Source: Hemiscyllium ocellatum (taxonomy: Eukaryota). Taken from it: 64,000 nucleotides of DNA. The notes below the pieces were generated by a model that saw nothing but the letters and a program-made list of their open reading frames with translations, was not told the DNA's origin and ran no database searches. Positions 1 through 11,205 of this stretch are shown here, piece after piece; the first letter of the stretch is position 1, and each line of letters opens with the position of its first letter. The position numbers and the translations under genes are program-made. Location of the stretch: contig NW_026867487.1 in the NCBI RefSeq assembly GCF_020745735.1, forward strand, positions 3,844,001-3,908,000, in the 5' to 3' direction.

Positions 1-95
1 AGCAGGAGAATCGACGTTACGGGCATAAGCTGATTCTCCTGCTCCTTGGATGCTGCCTGACCTACTGTGCTTTTCCAGCAATATATGTTTCATCT
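1..95. mobile_element. Palindromic non-autonomous element built from inverted 3' tails of a shark Penelope-like element (truncated by window start)
   Basis: agcaggagaatcgacgtt...gattctcctgctccttggatgctgcctgacctactgtgcttttccagc; same tail as at 61545-61637, present in both orientations. Confidence 0.7.
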
Positions 96-124
96 CTTCA
101 GACCAACTAGCCTACACTGAAACT

Positions 125-330
125 CCAAAAAGACATCCACCCCAACCCTACATTTACCATTGACTCATGCAACTAAGCTACACGCCTCTGAGCAATGTGG
201 CAAATGACCATACCTGCACGCCTTCGAGAGAAAGCCCGGAGGAAACCCACATTACCAGTCGCTCAAGGCTGTGATCGAACGTAGAAATCTGGCGCTATGT
301 GCTACCAGTACTGAACACCAAGCCAACATG
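125..330 (-). mobile_element. Degenerate HE1-type tRNA-derived SINE
   Basis: aaagcccggaggaaacccac...ccagtcgctcaaggctg...gctaccagtactgaacacca is the reverse complement of the SINE 5' and core region. Confidence 0.6.
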
Positions 331-464
331 CCACAATTCGTGGAAGTGCATGACCTAATGTTATGTGCCTCACCAATTGTCTGGTCTTGTGTCGTACAAA
401 CTCACACATCACCCAAAGTAATGGAAATATGGTTCATTCTGGGCCTGATTATTTTCTTGGGAAC

Positions 465-1243
465 AGGGCCCTGGAAAGGCAAATCTTAGCAGGATTTATA
501 CACTTAATGATAAGGTCTGAGGAAGTGTTGCTGAACAAAGAGACCTTGGAGTGCAGGTTCACAACTCCTTGAAAGTGGAGTCACAGGTAGATAGGATAGT
601 GAAAAAGGCGTTTGATATGCTTTCCTTTATTGGTCAGAGTATTGAGTAGTTGGGAGGTCATGTGCGGCTGTACAGGACATTGGTGAGGCCATGTTGGAAT
701 GTTGCGTGCAATTATGGTCTCCTTCCTATCGGAAAGATATTGTGGAACTTGAAAGGGTTCAGAAAAGATTTACAAGTATGTTGCCAGGGTTGGAGGATTT
801 GACCGACAGGGAGAGGCTGAACAGACTGGGGCTGTTTTCCCTGTAGCTTCAGAGGCTGAGGGGTGACCTTATAGAGGTTTACAAAATTATGAGGGGCATG
901 GATAGGATAAATAGGCAAAGTCTTTTCCCTGGGGTCTGGGTGTCCAGAACTAGAGGGCAGAGATTTAAGGTGAGAGGGGAAAGATATAAAAGAGACCTCA
1001 GGGGCAACGTTTGCATGCAGAGGGTGATACGTGTATGGAATGAGCTGCCAGATGATGTGGTGGAGGATGGCACAATTGCAGCATTTAAGAGACATTGGTA
1101 TAGGTATAAGAAGAGGAAGGGTTTGGAGGAATATAGGCTGGGTGCTGGCAGGTGGGACTGTATTGGATTGGGATATCTGTCGGCATGGACAGGTTGGACA
1201 GAAGGATCTGGTTCCATGCTGTACATCTCTATGACTGCATGAC
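465..1243 (+). mobile_element. CR1-clade (HER1-like) LINE, 5'-truncated 3' end
   Basis: ORF2 C-terminal motifs (889..1242 MRGMDRINRQSLFP...RVIRVWNELP); typical tail ctgtacatctctatgact. Confidence 0.9.
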
Positions 1244-2249
1244 TTTAATTCCGGGTTGACGTGGATTACAGGTGATGACTTCACTCATGACTATATAAAA
1301 TTAAAGTCATCGTAGTAAAACTGGGTTGAAGACTAAGCAGAGCAACATTCGAACTTCCTCTGTCATTGATTCAGAGCACGTTAGATCCAGCTCAACATCA
1401 GCTTCCTGCATTGTTTCTCTTTTTGTAGTTCTCCTTTTGGTATTGCAAATATATTCATTGCTACGTCAAATCGATTTAAGCATCGCTCTCTCAAATTTGT
1501 CTAACACATAAACCTCCGTAGATTCACACCCATTTCATCGAGAAAACTCTGTGATCTACATTTGTAAATTTTAAGCACAAATTCTGAGTGTAAACACTTT
1601 GATCTAGATTTCCTAGACTTGAAATAACGGTGATGATGCCAATATTGCTTTGATCTGAAAAATGCTGTGTCTTTTAAAGAAATAAACCCAATCATCACGG
1701 GAAAGACTGCTTAAACTCTCTGCATAGAATTGTCAAGTTATTATGGAATCAGTCTCCAAAACACTGTTTTTTTTTCTTTCCCAAATTGGCAACCACTTCT
1801 TAAAGTTAGAATGCAAAGAGATGTGCATACCATTCCAATCGCAGCAATTAACTCTTCACCCCTCACCCGCAATTGCCATGTAGGAGTACAGTTTGCATAG
1901 CCCAGAAATTATCACCTCAAGTTAAGTGTACCGTTTATTCATGGTTCACAATGACAGCCCATGCTCTTCTATGAAAGAAAACTCTGAACATACAAATCCG
2001 CAGTAGAAGTCGGCATTCTATCTTTTCAACCATACACTGTGATTGGATAAAACCTTTTTCTATTTTACACAAATATACTTTGGCCCAGATGCTGTCACCT
2101 TTTAAAAATGATCTTGACTTCACTGCTACCTGGGAAAGAGAATTGAGTGATTCGACGACTAAGAGAAAATGTGTGTGCCTTTATGAATGTGTATGAGAGT
2201 GCTCAAGAAAGCGAGATGATGTGTTGTGAGTGTGAATGGGACGATGCAT

Positions 2250-2325
2250 GTGTGAGTGTATATATGTGTGTGCACGCGCGCGTGTGTGCGTGTGTATGTG
2301 TGTGTCTGTGTGTGTGTGCACGCAC
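2250..2325. repeat. (TG)n-rich imperfect microsatellite
   Basis: gtgtgtgcgtgtgtatgtgtgtgtctgtgtgtgtgtg. Confidence 0.9.
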
Positions 2326-4327
2326 GTCAGGGACAGAGTTAGAGAAAGAAATGGAGAGTCTGTCTTATGTCAATCTGAAAAGAGGCAGTCACACTTTTTA
2401 ATTGTGTCTGATCATTTAAGGTTATTCCTTTCAAAGTCTAACGGGACTAACATATTCAATGTTTCTTCATAAGATAAGGAGTTTCGGTTCTGAAGACTTT
2501 TTGTGAAGTTACATTTGTTTTGTTCATACAAATCGATAGTCTCAGCCTATGAAAAACGTTGTCACATTACAATGGGTAGATTCCTCAGCTCAACTCCTCA
2601 GCATATTAAGTAACTGCATTCCCTCTAACATAAGGTCAAATGGAGAAATTCGCAGATGGTTGCACAATGTTCACCTACGACACTTTTTTCAGATACTGAA
2701 GCAATCAGACTGGAAATGCAGAAACACCAGACAGCATTAAGTTTCAGTTGAATCTCTGACAGGTAACATACACACCACAGAAAATCTAGAAAATGAAAAT
2801 CTCCAAAATGGGATAATCAAATCATCGCTTCAGGACATTGCCAACATCTTCGATTGAGCGAGGTTTACAGTGCAATTGCTGGAGTTCATTTATGAAACCA
2901 CTGCAGTTCTCGAAACATATTAATCTACATCCTGGTGTACACTGACACGTTCTGGTGTTGTAGATAACATCAATTGCAAAGTATGGTACGTTGAAAATGT
3001 AACATTGTAAAGAATCAGAAACAGAGTAATGGCAGCAGCAAAATTGTTATTGCAATATGAAGAGATAAATGCTCTCGTCAATAAATACTGAGACAGAGCT
3101 GTAAGAAAAAGCAATTACAATGAAACATGGTCTCGTGCTGGAACAATTACGACAAGACTTAGTGCAAAATACGTATTGGAATGTCTACCTCTGTAAGGAA
3201 AGGGAAACTAATGTGACCGACATGCAATATGTGCCACCTGCAGTAATTTCAATATGGACAGCACCAAGTGTAGCATAGAAAATTAACACAGTCACTTAAA
3301 CTGGTTATTGATCACCATTTAGAGCAATATAGAGATATTGCCAAATATAGCATGATAAGTACAGATCTAAGTTATTGTCGACAAAAATAAAATCTAGCTG
3401 ATTCTATAGCAGTGCAAGATCTAATGTCACGTCACCCAATGTAATGGACATATGCCTCATTCAATGACACTTCATTTTCTCGAGAAGATAACCCAGGCAT
3501 TTGAACAATAGAGGTGGATTACTAATAATTACTTTTCTAATGATTGTACAAAATCAAAGTCAGATTATTCAAGCTGGGTTCACGTGTTGCCAGACCATAA
3601 TTCGAGTTCTTCTGGCATTCATTCAGATCACATTAGATCCATCCCAACATCAGCTTCCTGCATTGTTTCCTGTTTGTCATTATTTTAGCATTGCAAACAT
3701 ATTAATCTTAATGTAAAGTAGATTTACGCATCAATGACTCAAACCTATCTCACTCAATTACAAACATCTTGATAGGGAAGGTACGGGATAGAAAGTTCAT
3801 TCTCTTCGAGCCAAGCCACCGTCATAGAGCGGACAAATGAAAAGAAATTTCAACCATATTCAAAAACAGTGCCTCGCAATGTCATGGCCCTCTCAGTCCA
3901 GCATTAATTCATCTAGGTGCATGATGACAATTGTCACTTTTTTTAAATTGCTGCTCAATCTTAACTTCGTCCAGTTTTAGAACACGTTGGAAAATGTGTC
4001 AGCTCCACTCAATTTAAACCTGCAGTTCTCACATTTTTATAGGTTCTTTCTCGTGACCCGTGAGCATGGAATGCATCACACAAGTTAAACATTTTATTAA
4101 TTATTTGCCGAAAAAGCATTCAGAATGTCAGAATAAGCCTATGAAGTATGGGTGTATGCTTGTACGATTGCAAATCTCTGGCTTCTTGAAATTCGCGTCA
4201 TCCTCTGTCTGTTTGAGAACTTCATTGTACCTGATCATTGTTCGTTTGCTTCAAAAGTTGACAATACATCTTGTGTTGGTTCAAATGATCCAGAAACTGA
4301 TTCATATAGACGAACGTTTTGTTAAAT

Positions 4328-6035
4328 GAAGTCATAGAGTCACATAGATATACAGAACGAAAACGGGCCCTGCTGTCCAACTTGTCCATGCCGACCAGAT
4401 ATCCCAACCTAATTTTGTCCCGTTTCCCAGCACTTGGTCCATATCACTCGAAACCCCTCCTTTTAATGTACCCATCCAGATGTCTTTTAAATGTTGCAAT
4501 TATTCCAGCCTCCACCCCTTCCTCTAGAAGCTCTTTCCATACAAGCTCCACCATCCGCATAAAAAAAGTTGCAACTTCGGTCAGTTTGATATCTTTCCCG
4601 TCTCACCCTAAACCTATGCCCTCTAGTTTTGGACTCCTCCAACCCGGGAAAATGTTTTATCTCTTTATCCTACTCAGGCCCCTCATGATTTTTCAAATTT
4701 CTATGTGGTCATCCCTCAGCCTTCGACGCTCCAGGGTATACAGCCCCAGCCTATTCAGGCTCTCCCTATAGCTCAAACCCTCAAACCCTGACAACAACCT
4801 TGTAAATCTTTTCAGCACCTTTCAAGTTTCACAACACCTTTCCGATAGGAGGAAGACCAAAATTGCATGCAATATTCCAAAAGTGGCCTTCCCAACGTCC
4901 TGTATAGCCGCAACATTACCTCCCAACCCCTGTACTCAATGCGCTGACCAAGAAATGCAAACATTCCAAACGCCTTCATCACAATCCTATCTTCCTGCGA
5001 CTTTACTTTCAAGGAGCTATGAACCGGCATTCCAAGGTCAATTTGTTCAACAACAGTCCCTGGGATCTGACTATTACGTGTATAAGGACTGCAAACTTTT
5101 GCCTTTCCCAAAATGCTTCACCTTGTATTTATCTAAATTAAACGCCATCTGTTACTCCTCAGCCAATTGGCCCATCTGACCAAGATCCCGCTGTGTTCTG
5201 AGTTAACATTTTCGCTTTCCGTTACATCTCCAATTTTGGTGTCAGCTACAAACTTATTAATTATACCTCATCTGTTCATATCCAAATCATTGATATAAAT
5301 TACAACAAAGTAGTGGACCAAGACCGATCCTTGAGGCTCTCCATTGGTCACAGTCCTCCAGTCTGAAAAACAACCCTCCACCACCACCTTCGAGCCAGTT
5401 CTGTGTCCAAATTGCTAGTTTTCCCTGTATTCAATGAGATCTAATCTTGCTGACCAGTGTACCTTGGGGAATCTTATCGAAAACTTTACTGAAGTCCATT
5501 TGGATCAGGTCTACCACTCTGCCCTCATCAATCCTCTTTATTACATTTTCAAAACCTGTGGCATGTTCGGGAGGCACGATTTGCCACACACAAAGCGATG
5601 TTCACTACCTTCATTCCGTCCTTGCCTTTCCAAATATGCATAAGTCTTTTCCATCAGGATTCCTTCCGGCAACATGCCACCACCAACGTCAGGCTCACTG
5701 GTCTGTACATCCTTGGCTTTTTGCTCCTCGCTTTCTTAAATGGTTATACCACGATAGCCAATCTCCAACCTTCTGGCACCTCAGCTGTGACTTTCGATGA
5801 TGCAAATATCTCAGCAAGGGGCCCATCAATCACTTCCCGAGCTTCCTCAGAGTTCTAGGGTACACCTGATCAGGTGCTGAGTATTTATTCAACTTTATGC
5901 GTCTTTAGACATCCAGCACTCCAGCCCCTGTAATATGGATATTTTTCAAGATGTCAACGTCTCTTTCCACACATTCTAAACCTTCCATGTCCTTCTCCAC
6001 AGTAATCACTGATGGAAAACGCTTGTCAGAGGAAG
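4328..6035 (-). mobile_element. CR1-clade LINE fragment including decayed RT domain
   Basis: Begins with tail gtcatagagtcacatag; minus ORF 4812..5111 has VMKAFGMFAFLGQRIEYRGWEVMLRLYRTLGRPLLEYCMQFWS. Confidence 0.9.
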
Positions 6036-6486
6036 AGCTCATTGTAGTGTGAGCACTGTACACTCACTATTGGCATTATAGTGAGTGTTTCTTTTTCGAT
6101 TTTTAAATTCACACAGTATGGGATCAGATCAAAGCATAGATTCTACTTGATTTGTTCACTGTTTCTATGGCAATGATCTTGTGCTTGTTTATATACAAGC
6201 CTGGACCCCATTTCTGCATATATTACAAAGGATCCGATCCGTAATGATATCACGCTGAATACTGTTCTTGTGTATATTGAATTTCAATTGTTGTTATTCA
6301 TTCTACCTGTCTCAGATTTTACAGCATTGAGACATTTACCATTGTACATTAATTTGACACATGTTTTGTAACTGTTGAACTTGATGCTATACTTATGAAA
6401 TGTATGCACTAATTATTTAACTTGAGTATATTATTTATCAGTTATGGTAAGTGGCCTCACTTCTTTGACAATGCAAAAGTCAAAAA

Positions 6487-6668
6487 GTGTGGCATGTGAA
6501 AACGCACAACAAGTCAAGCAGCATCCGTGCAGCAGGAGTATCAATGCTTGACGCATGACTCCTTCATTTCTCTCCTGCTCCTCGTATGCTGCCTGACCAG
6601 CTGTGCGTTTTCCAGCACATCACCTTTCGACTCTGACTCTCCAGTATTTGCAGGTCTCATTTTCTCCG
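6487..6668. mobile_element. Palindromic Penelope-tail-derived element
   Basis: Inverted arms gaaaacgcac...gcagcatccgtgcagcaggag / ctcctgctcctcgtatgctgc...gtgcgttttc. Confidence 0.7.
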
Positions 6669-7109
6669 AGCTGACAATGCACAAACGAATAATTTCTTTC
6701 GACTAATCTCAGTGCGAAGTACAACAGTCTCCCATGTATGTGTACCATGATAGTTGGCACAGATTTAATTGCTGCTGTACGAGCATATGTCAATTTGTCT
6801 GTGATGCATACAGTTGCCTCTGCTCACATGGGAATATTTCCTGTTATTTACGGCCTACAGCATGCGTTCTAATTAGCTTTGGCGACGTTTGCACTGACCT
6901 AATATCACCAGTCACACATCAACAATTAATCTCAATGTTTCTCATTTTGCATTGTTAATGATTCCTTGTAAATTTCGTCCTTCAGCGCGAAATTATGAAT
7001 TTGGGCGCAATTTCTGCACCTGAGATATGGAAGGATACATTAATTGTTTTGAAATCAACATTTCATGCAAGGGTCGCAGGTGCCAGGCCTTACCTCAGGT
7101 AGCCACCAT

Positions 7110-7570
7110 GTTATAGATGCACAGCATGGAAACACTTCCTTATGTCCAAACTTCCAAAATCGAACAAGTATCTTAAATTAATATGTTCCCATCTGCAAGG
7201 ACTTGGTCCACACCCCTGTAAAGCCTTCATGCTGTATATCCATCCAGATGATTTTAGATGTGGTAATTCGAACAGCCTCCACCACTTCCTCTGGCAGTTC
7301 ATTCGAAACATGCAACACCCTCTGCGTGAAACGTATGGCCCTTCGGACCCTTTACAGAATTTCTCATCTGACCTTAAACCTATTAGCTTTTTTTTGCACT
7401 CTCTTAAAGAGCAAAACAACTTTGATTATTCACCCTGTTCATGCCACTCATGATTTTACAAGCCTCTGTATGGACACCCTTGAGCCTTTGACGTTACAAC
7501 GAAAATAGCTTCAGCATTTTCGCTTCAGCCTATAAATGAACCTCACCAACACTGGCAAAATCTTTCTAAA
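7110..7570 (-). mobile_element. Degenerate CR1 LINE 3' fragment
   Basis: ccaccacttcctctggcagttcattc, tctcatctgaccttaaacc; antisense of CR1 ORF2 C-terminus. Confidence 0.8.
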
Positions 7571-8189
7571 ACGAAGCAGTTGATGCAATTTTCTCATATA
7601 GAAACAAACAACGTTCTTTCTGACCTGCAACTGGAGTTTATGGCAGCTGTTATTTACATGCTGTAAGTATATTTTCAATTTAAATTTTATTTCTAAATAT
7701 ATATCTACCGTTACGACTCTAAAGAAAATTCATTACCATCATCTTACTTTAATGAAAAGCATCATTTGAATTCCACTGATAAAGGTGAAGTACAAGGACA
7801 CTGTTACCAAACCATTAAGCCTGTTTACATTCTACGTGACCACATCTTCATGTTGTAAAGCTAATCTGGCTTTGTGACCCTTCCCTTGATCATTGAACAT
7901 AATAATTTGTTTGAAATATCTACATTTACACTTAACTCCCAATTGTTTATCGCCCCCAGTCGTGTCTTCTCTTCTTACAATCTGGTCAATTATTTCTTTT
8001 TTTGAAAACCGTGTTAGACCATTTCTTAAATTATCTTCTCTAACATTATATTTGGACTTTTCATTGCCGATAAACAATTGATCAAAGAATGCAACTAGGA
8101 CATTCACAATTTTATTGTTTGCATTTCAAGTTCTAAAATTACCTAAATAGTTCAAATAATGCAGCACAAAAGAAAACAACTTGGGACTG

Positions 8190-8505
8190 GCGTGAAAGGA
8201 GAATTTACAAAAATGATCTAGAAGCATGTTTAGATTTACAGAAACCTGATAATTTCCCTCACGTTTCTTTCTGCAGAGAATCTGTCCTTGTCAAATTTAT
8301 CTATATTTAGACCACAAGTGTAGCTGTGAACATCTGTTGCATATAACTGTGAGATCTCATCGGGTACTTTGTGTTAGCTTAAAAAGCCCCAAGAGGCCAT
8401 CTTACCAACTGAATCACGGGCAGTTACAAAACATGCCAGATATCAATCATAGTGAAAGGAGATCTTCACGCTCTCTGCCGACAACTGGGAATGACCTCAG
8501 GCTAA
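8190..8505 (-). pseudogene. Possible highly decayed antigen-receptor V segment
   Basis: Minus strand reads AESVKISFHYD (FR1-like, Cys to Phe), HKVPDEISQLY, DKDRFSAERNV, then in a shifted frame EGNYQVSVNL...HFCK. Stops and frameshifts; no RSS recognisable. Confidence 0.35.
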
Positions 8506-9052
8506 TAAACATGAATATTGTTTTGTGGCATTTTTCCGCTTAGTATTTCACAATGTTCAGCAGAGACCTGAGCCTTTTCTTCACCTAAAGAGAGAATTTG
8601 AGGAATCTGTCTGTACGTCTGGTGTTGTTGCAAAGGTGTAAACACCTTGGATAATTCCCTTACTCTGGGTAAAGATACCTTCCATGAAAGTAATTTTCAA
8701 TTATCTGCCAAATGCAATACCAATGAAATGAATTTCCCAATAAAATTCTGGATCGACATATGCCAACAGTGACAAAATGCACTCAATCGCATAGTGATTA
8801 TAATTTTCAGACAGCAAGTTGTTTAGCAACGTACTCACTTTGAGAACAAACTTTCTCTGTTTTTTGCTGCAGTAAGTCAAGATTCTAATCTCTCCAAATT
8901 CGGCAAATGCCTCAGTCATTTCCAAATAAGCCTCCCTCTGACTTCCAGCATAGATCATTCCAGAACTTATTGATTGTCTAGTTGCGTGCAACACCTCCCA
9001 CTTTTTCATATTGGCCATGCCCTAGACTCTCAGCCTACACTCTCCCAAAAGT

Positions 9053-9367
9053 GGGGGACGGCACGGTGACACAGTGGTCAGCACTGCTGCCTCACAGCGC
9101 CAGGGACCTGGGTTCAATTCCCGCCTCAGGTGACTGACTGTGTGGAGTTTGCACATTCTCCCCGTGTCTGCGTGGGTTTCCTCCGGGTGCTCCGGTTTCC
9201 TCCCACAGTCCAAAGATGTGCGGGTCAGTTGCATTGGCCATGCTAAATTGCCTGTAGTGTTAGGTAAGGGGTATATGTAGGGGTATGGGTGGGTTGCGCT
9301 TCGGCGAGTCGGTGTGGACTTGTTGGGCCGAAGGGCCTGTTTCCACACTGTAAGTAATCTAATCTAA
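9053..9367 (+). mobile_element. HE1-type SINE, full length
   Basis: gcacggtgacacagtggtcagcactgctgcctcacagcgcc...gggcctgtttccacactgtaagtaatctaatct. Confidence 0.95.
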
Positions 9368-9554
9368 AACTTGTGAACTCCCATGGTGCGTTAGGTCACC
9401 TACAGAAGTATTGGTTAAGAGCTAAATTGAAGAATGCTGAGAATTTTGCACAAGCAATATAAATTTTTGATGTTCGTTTGCACTGGAGCTAGGATGGGTA
9501 ATTTCCTGTTTTGACCGAACAAGGCAGGTCACATGGTGCACGCTAAAATGACTG

Positions 9555-9754
9555 ACACCATATGACCTTAGACAGAGCACAGAATGTGGCTGTTTATGAC
9601 TTTCTGTAAACGCTAGAGAGTTGTTTCCCAGAACAAACTCCGTTTGTCAGGCCCCACATGAGATTCGCCACTGTCATGAACAACAGGAGGGTAATGACAT
9701 CGGTACAGAGGCCACGTCTCCCTCCAGAAATGATAACAATAGCCAACTCATTCG
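9555..9754 (-). pseudogene. GPR139-like GPCR pseudogene fragment (start of exon 2, TM1-TM3)
   Basis: Acceptor tttcccatgtag|CG AAT GAG TTG GCT ATT GTT: (A)NELAIVIISGGRRGLCTDVITLLLFMTVANLMWGLT, aligning to ANFVAIVILSRGRCGLSWCITFYLIAIAVSDFL. Confidence 0.65.
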
Positions 9755-11205
9755 CTACATGGGAAAGAAATACCCATATCGTCTTCTGGACTGCAAAACA
9801 ATGATAGAGTTGTGCACCACAGCTAATTTCGCAGACTTCCTGCTATAAATTGACACAGTCGGCGAACGATGATAATTAACGTTGTCAGCATGGACGTGTC
9901 TTGTCATGAATTCCTATGATATCTCTTTAATCAAGGGCAAAATTACCCCTTGTTTAACACGTATTAGCTCGGTTCATTGATCTGTCTCCTTCCACTTTGA
10001 GCAGAGTTACAAAGATTGCTGATAATGGTATTCCACGCAATCAGAATGGTGCAATTGTCAGGGGAAGGGCACAATGTCAGTTGTCCGCACTGAATTGTTG
10101 CAAATGGTTCAAGGTAATTTATAATAGGCAAAAACGTTTTGTACATGTGAAAAAGTAACACCCAAATGGAGTGAACTTTTTGTTTATATATATATTCTGC
10201 CAGTACAATTGGGTCGAAGGAAAAAAAAACTCACAGGTTCAACATACCCTATGTTCCAACTGCCAAAGACAGCAAAACATGATATCCGCTTGCATCTTAC
10301 CTTATCTATCAACAGTTGCGCACAACATGAACTCACCAATGTTTGGACTGATTTTGTTTTTTGAATAAGCCTCACACAATCGTATTGACGGTTTTTATCT
10401 TCATTCTTAAGGTCATGCAGGACCTGTATAATGATAGCAATGCAGTGTCCGTATGCTTACTTGAGATAGCTACCCAATTCAGCAATGTAACATTAAAGGA
10501 AGTCATGGGAATATGCAATGCCAATGAATATCATGGCGTTTCAAATGATGTGAATCAAAATTTATTGAATTTACGAACTCAGTCACATTAGGAGCATTTA
10601 ATCAGCTCATTGATTAGCATACGTATGATGATGGGATAGTGTAGGGTGATAGGATTCTGGTGAAACTCACAAATATAAAGTTGTACAGAAGTATTTCTCA
10701 CAGGGTAAACAATAGTACATCGCAATCTTGTTTTCCAACGTAACAAAGTCAGCCATTTTGATGAATTAAGGAAGTCGAGTGGCATGTATGGAGAATCAAA
10801 ATAGTCAGTTTCCCACACGCTTCATTTTTAAAAAATTTTTTTTTGGATTTCCAATATCCACAGGATTTCATTATGGTGGCAAAGTCACTTTATATTGTGT
10901 TTATGTCGTGCCTTAATTTTTTCGTGTATCTATGTTTATTACATTTGTTTCAGAGTGAATCAGACAGGAAAGGGAGAGAAAAAAAGAATAGACTTTTCCC
11001 CATGTTTCTTTGAATCTTGAACTAACCTGAAATGATCTACACAGGCAAGGCTTTAGCACGTGATCAAAAAGGCTGGATTTTTAATCGTACACCATTCTTT
11101 TTGTTTTGGAATTCGGAATATTTCTGAGCTTGGGTGTGGACAGTTCATCACTTAATGTGGCCTTTAATACAGAAAACAGTCTGATTTCTTAAATTTTCTA
11201 CAAAT

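Noticed and set aside
712-1284. Long ORFs such as 712..1284, 4319..4771, 26745..27182 and 46257..46556
   Set aside because: They are antisense or alternative frames of CR1 LINE fragments, not genes.
6060-6088. 11-bp stem-loop acactcactat-tggcatt-atagtgagtgt resembling part of the T7 promoter or a ssDNA-virus origin
   Set aside because: Only a 9-10 nt match, no vector context, no NANTATTAC loop, no Rep gene.
8701-9018. 105-aa minus-strand ORF (and 7832..8107)
   Set aside because: No recognisable domain; the two are in different frames; AT-rich chance ORFs are expected.
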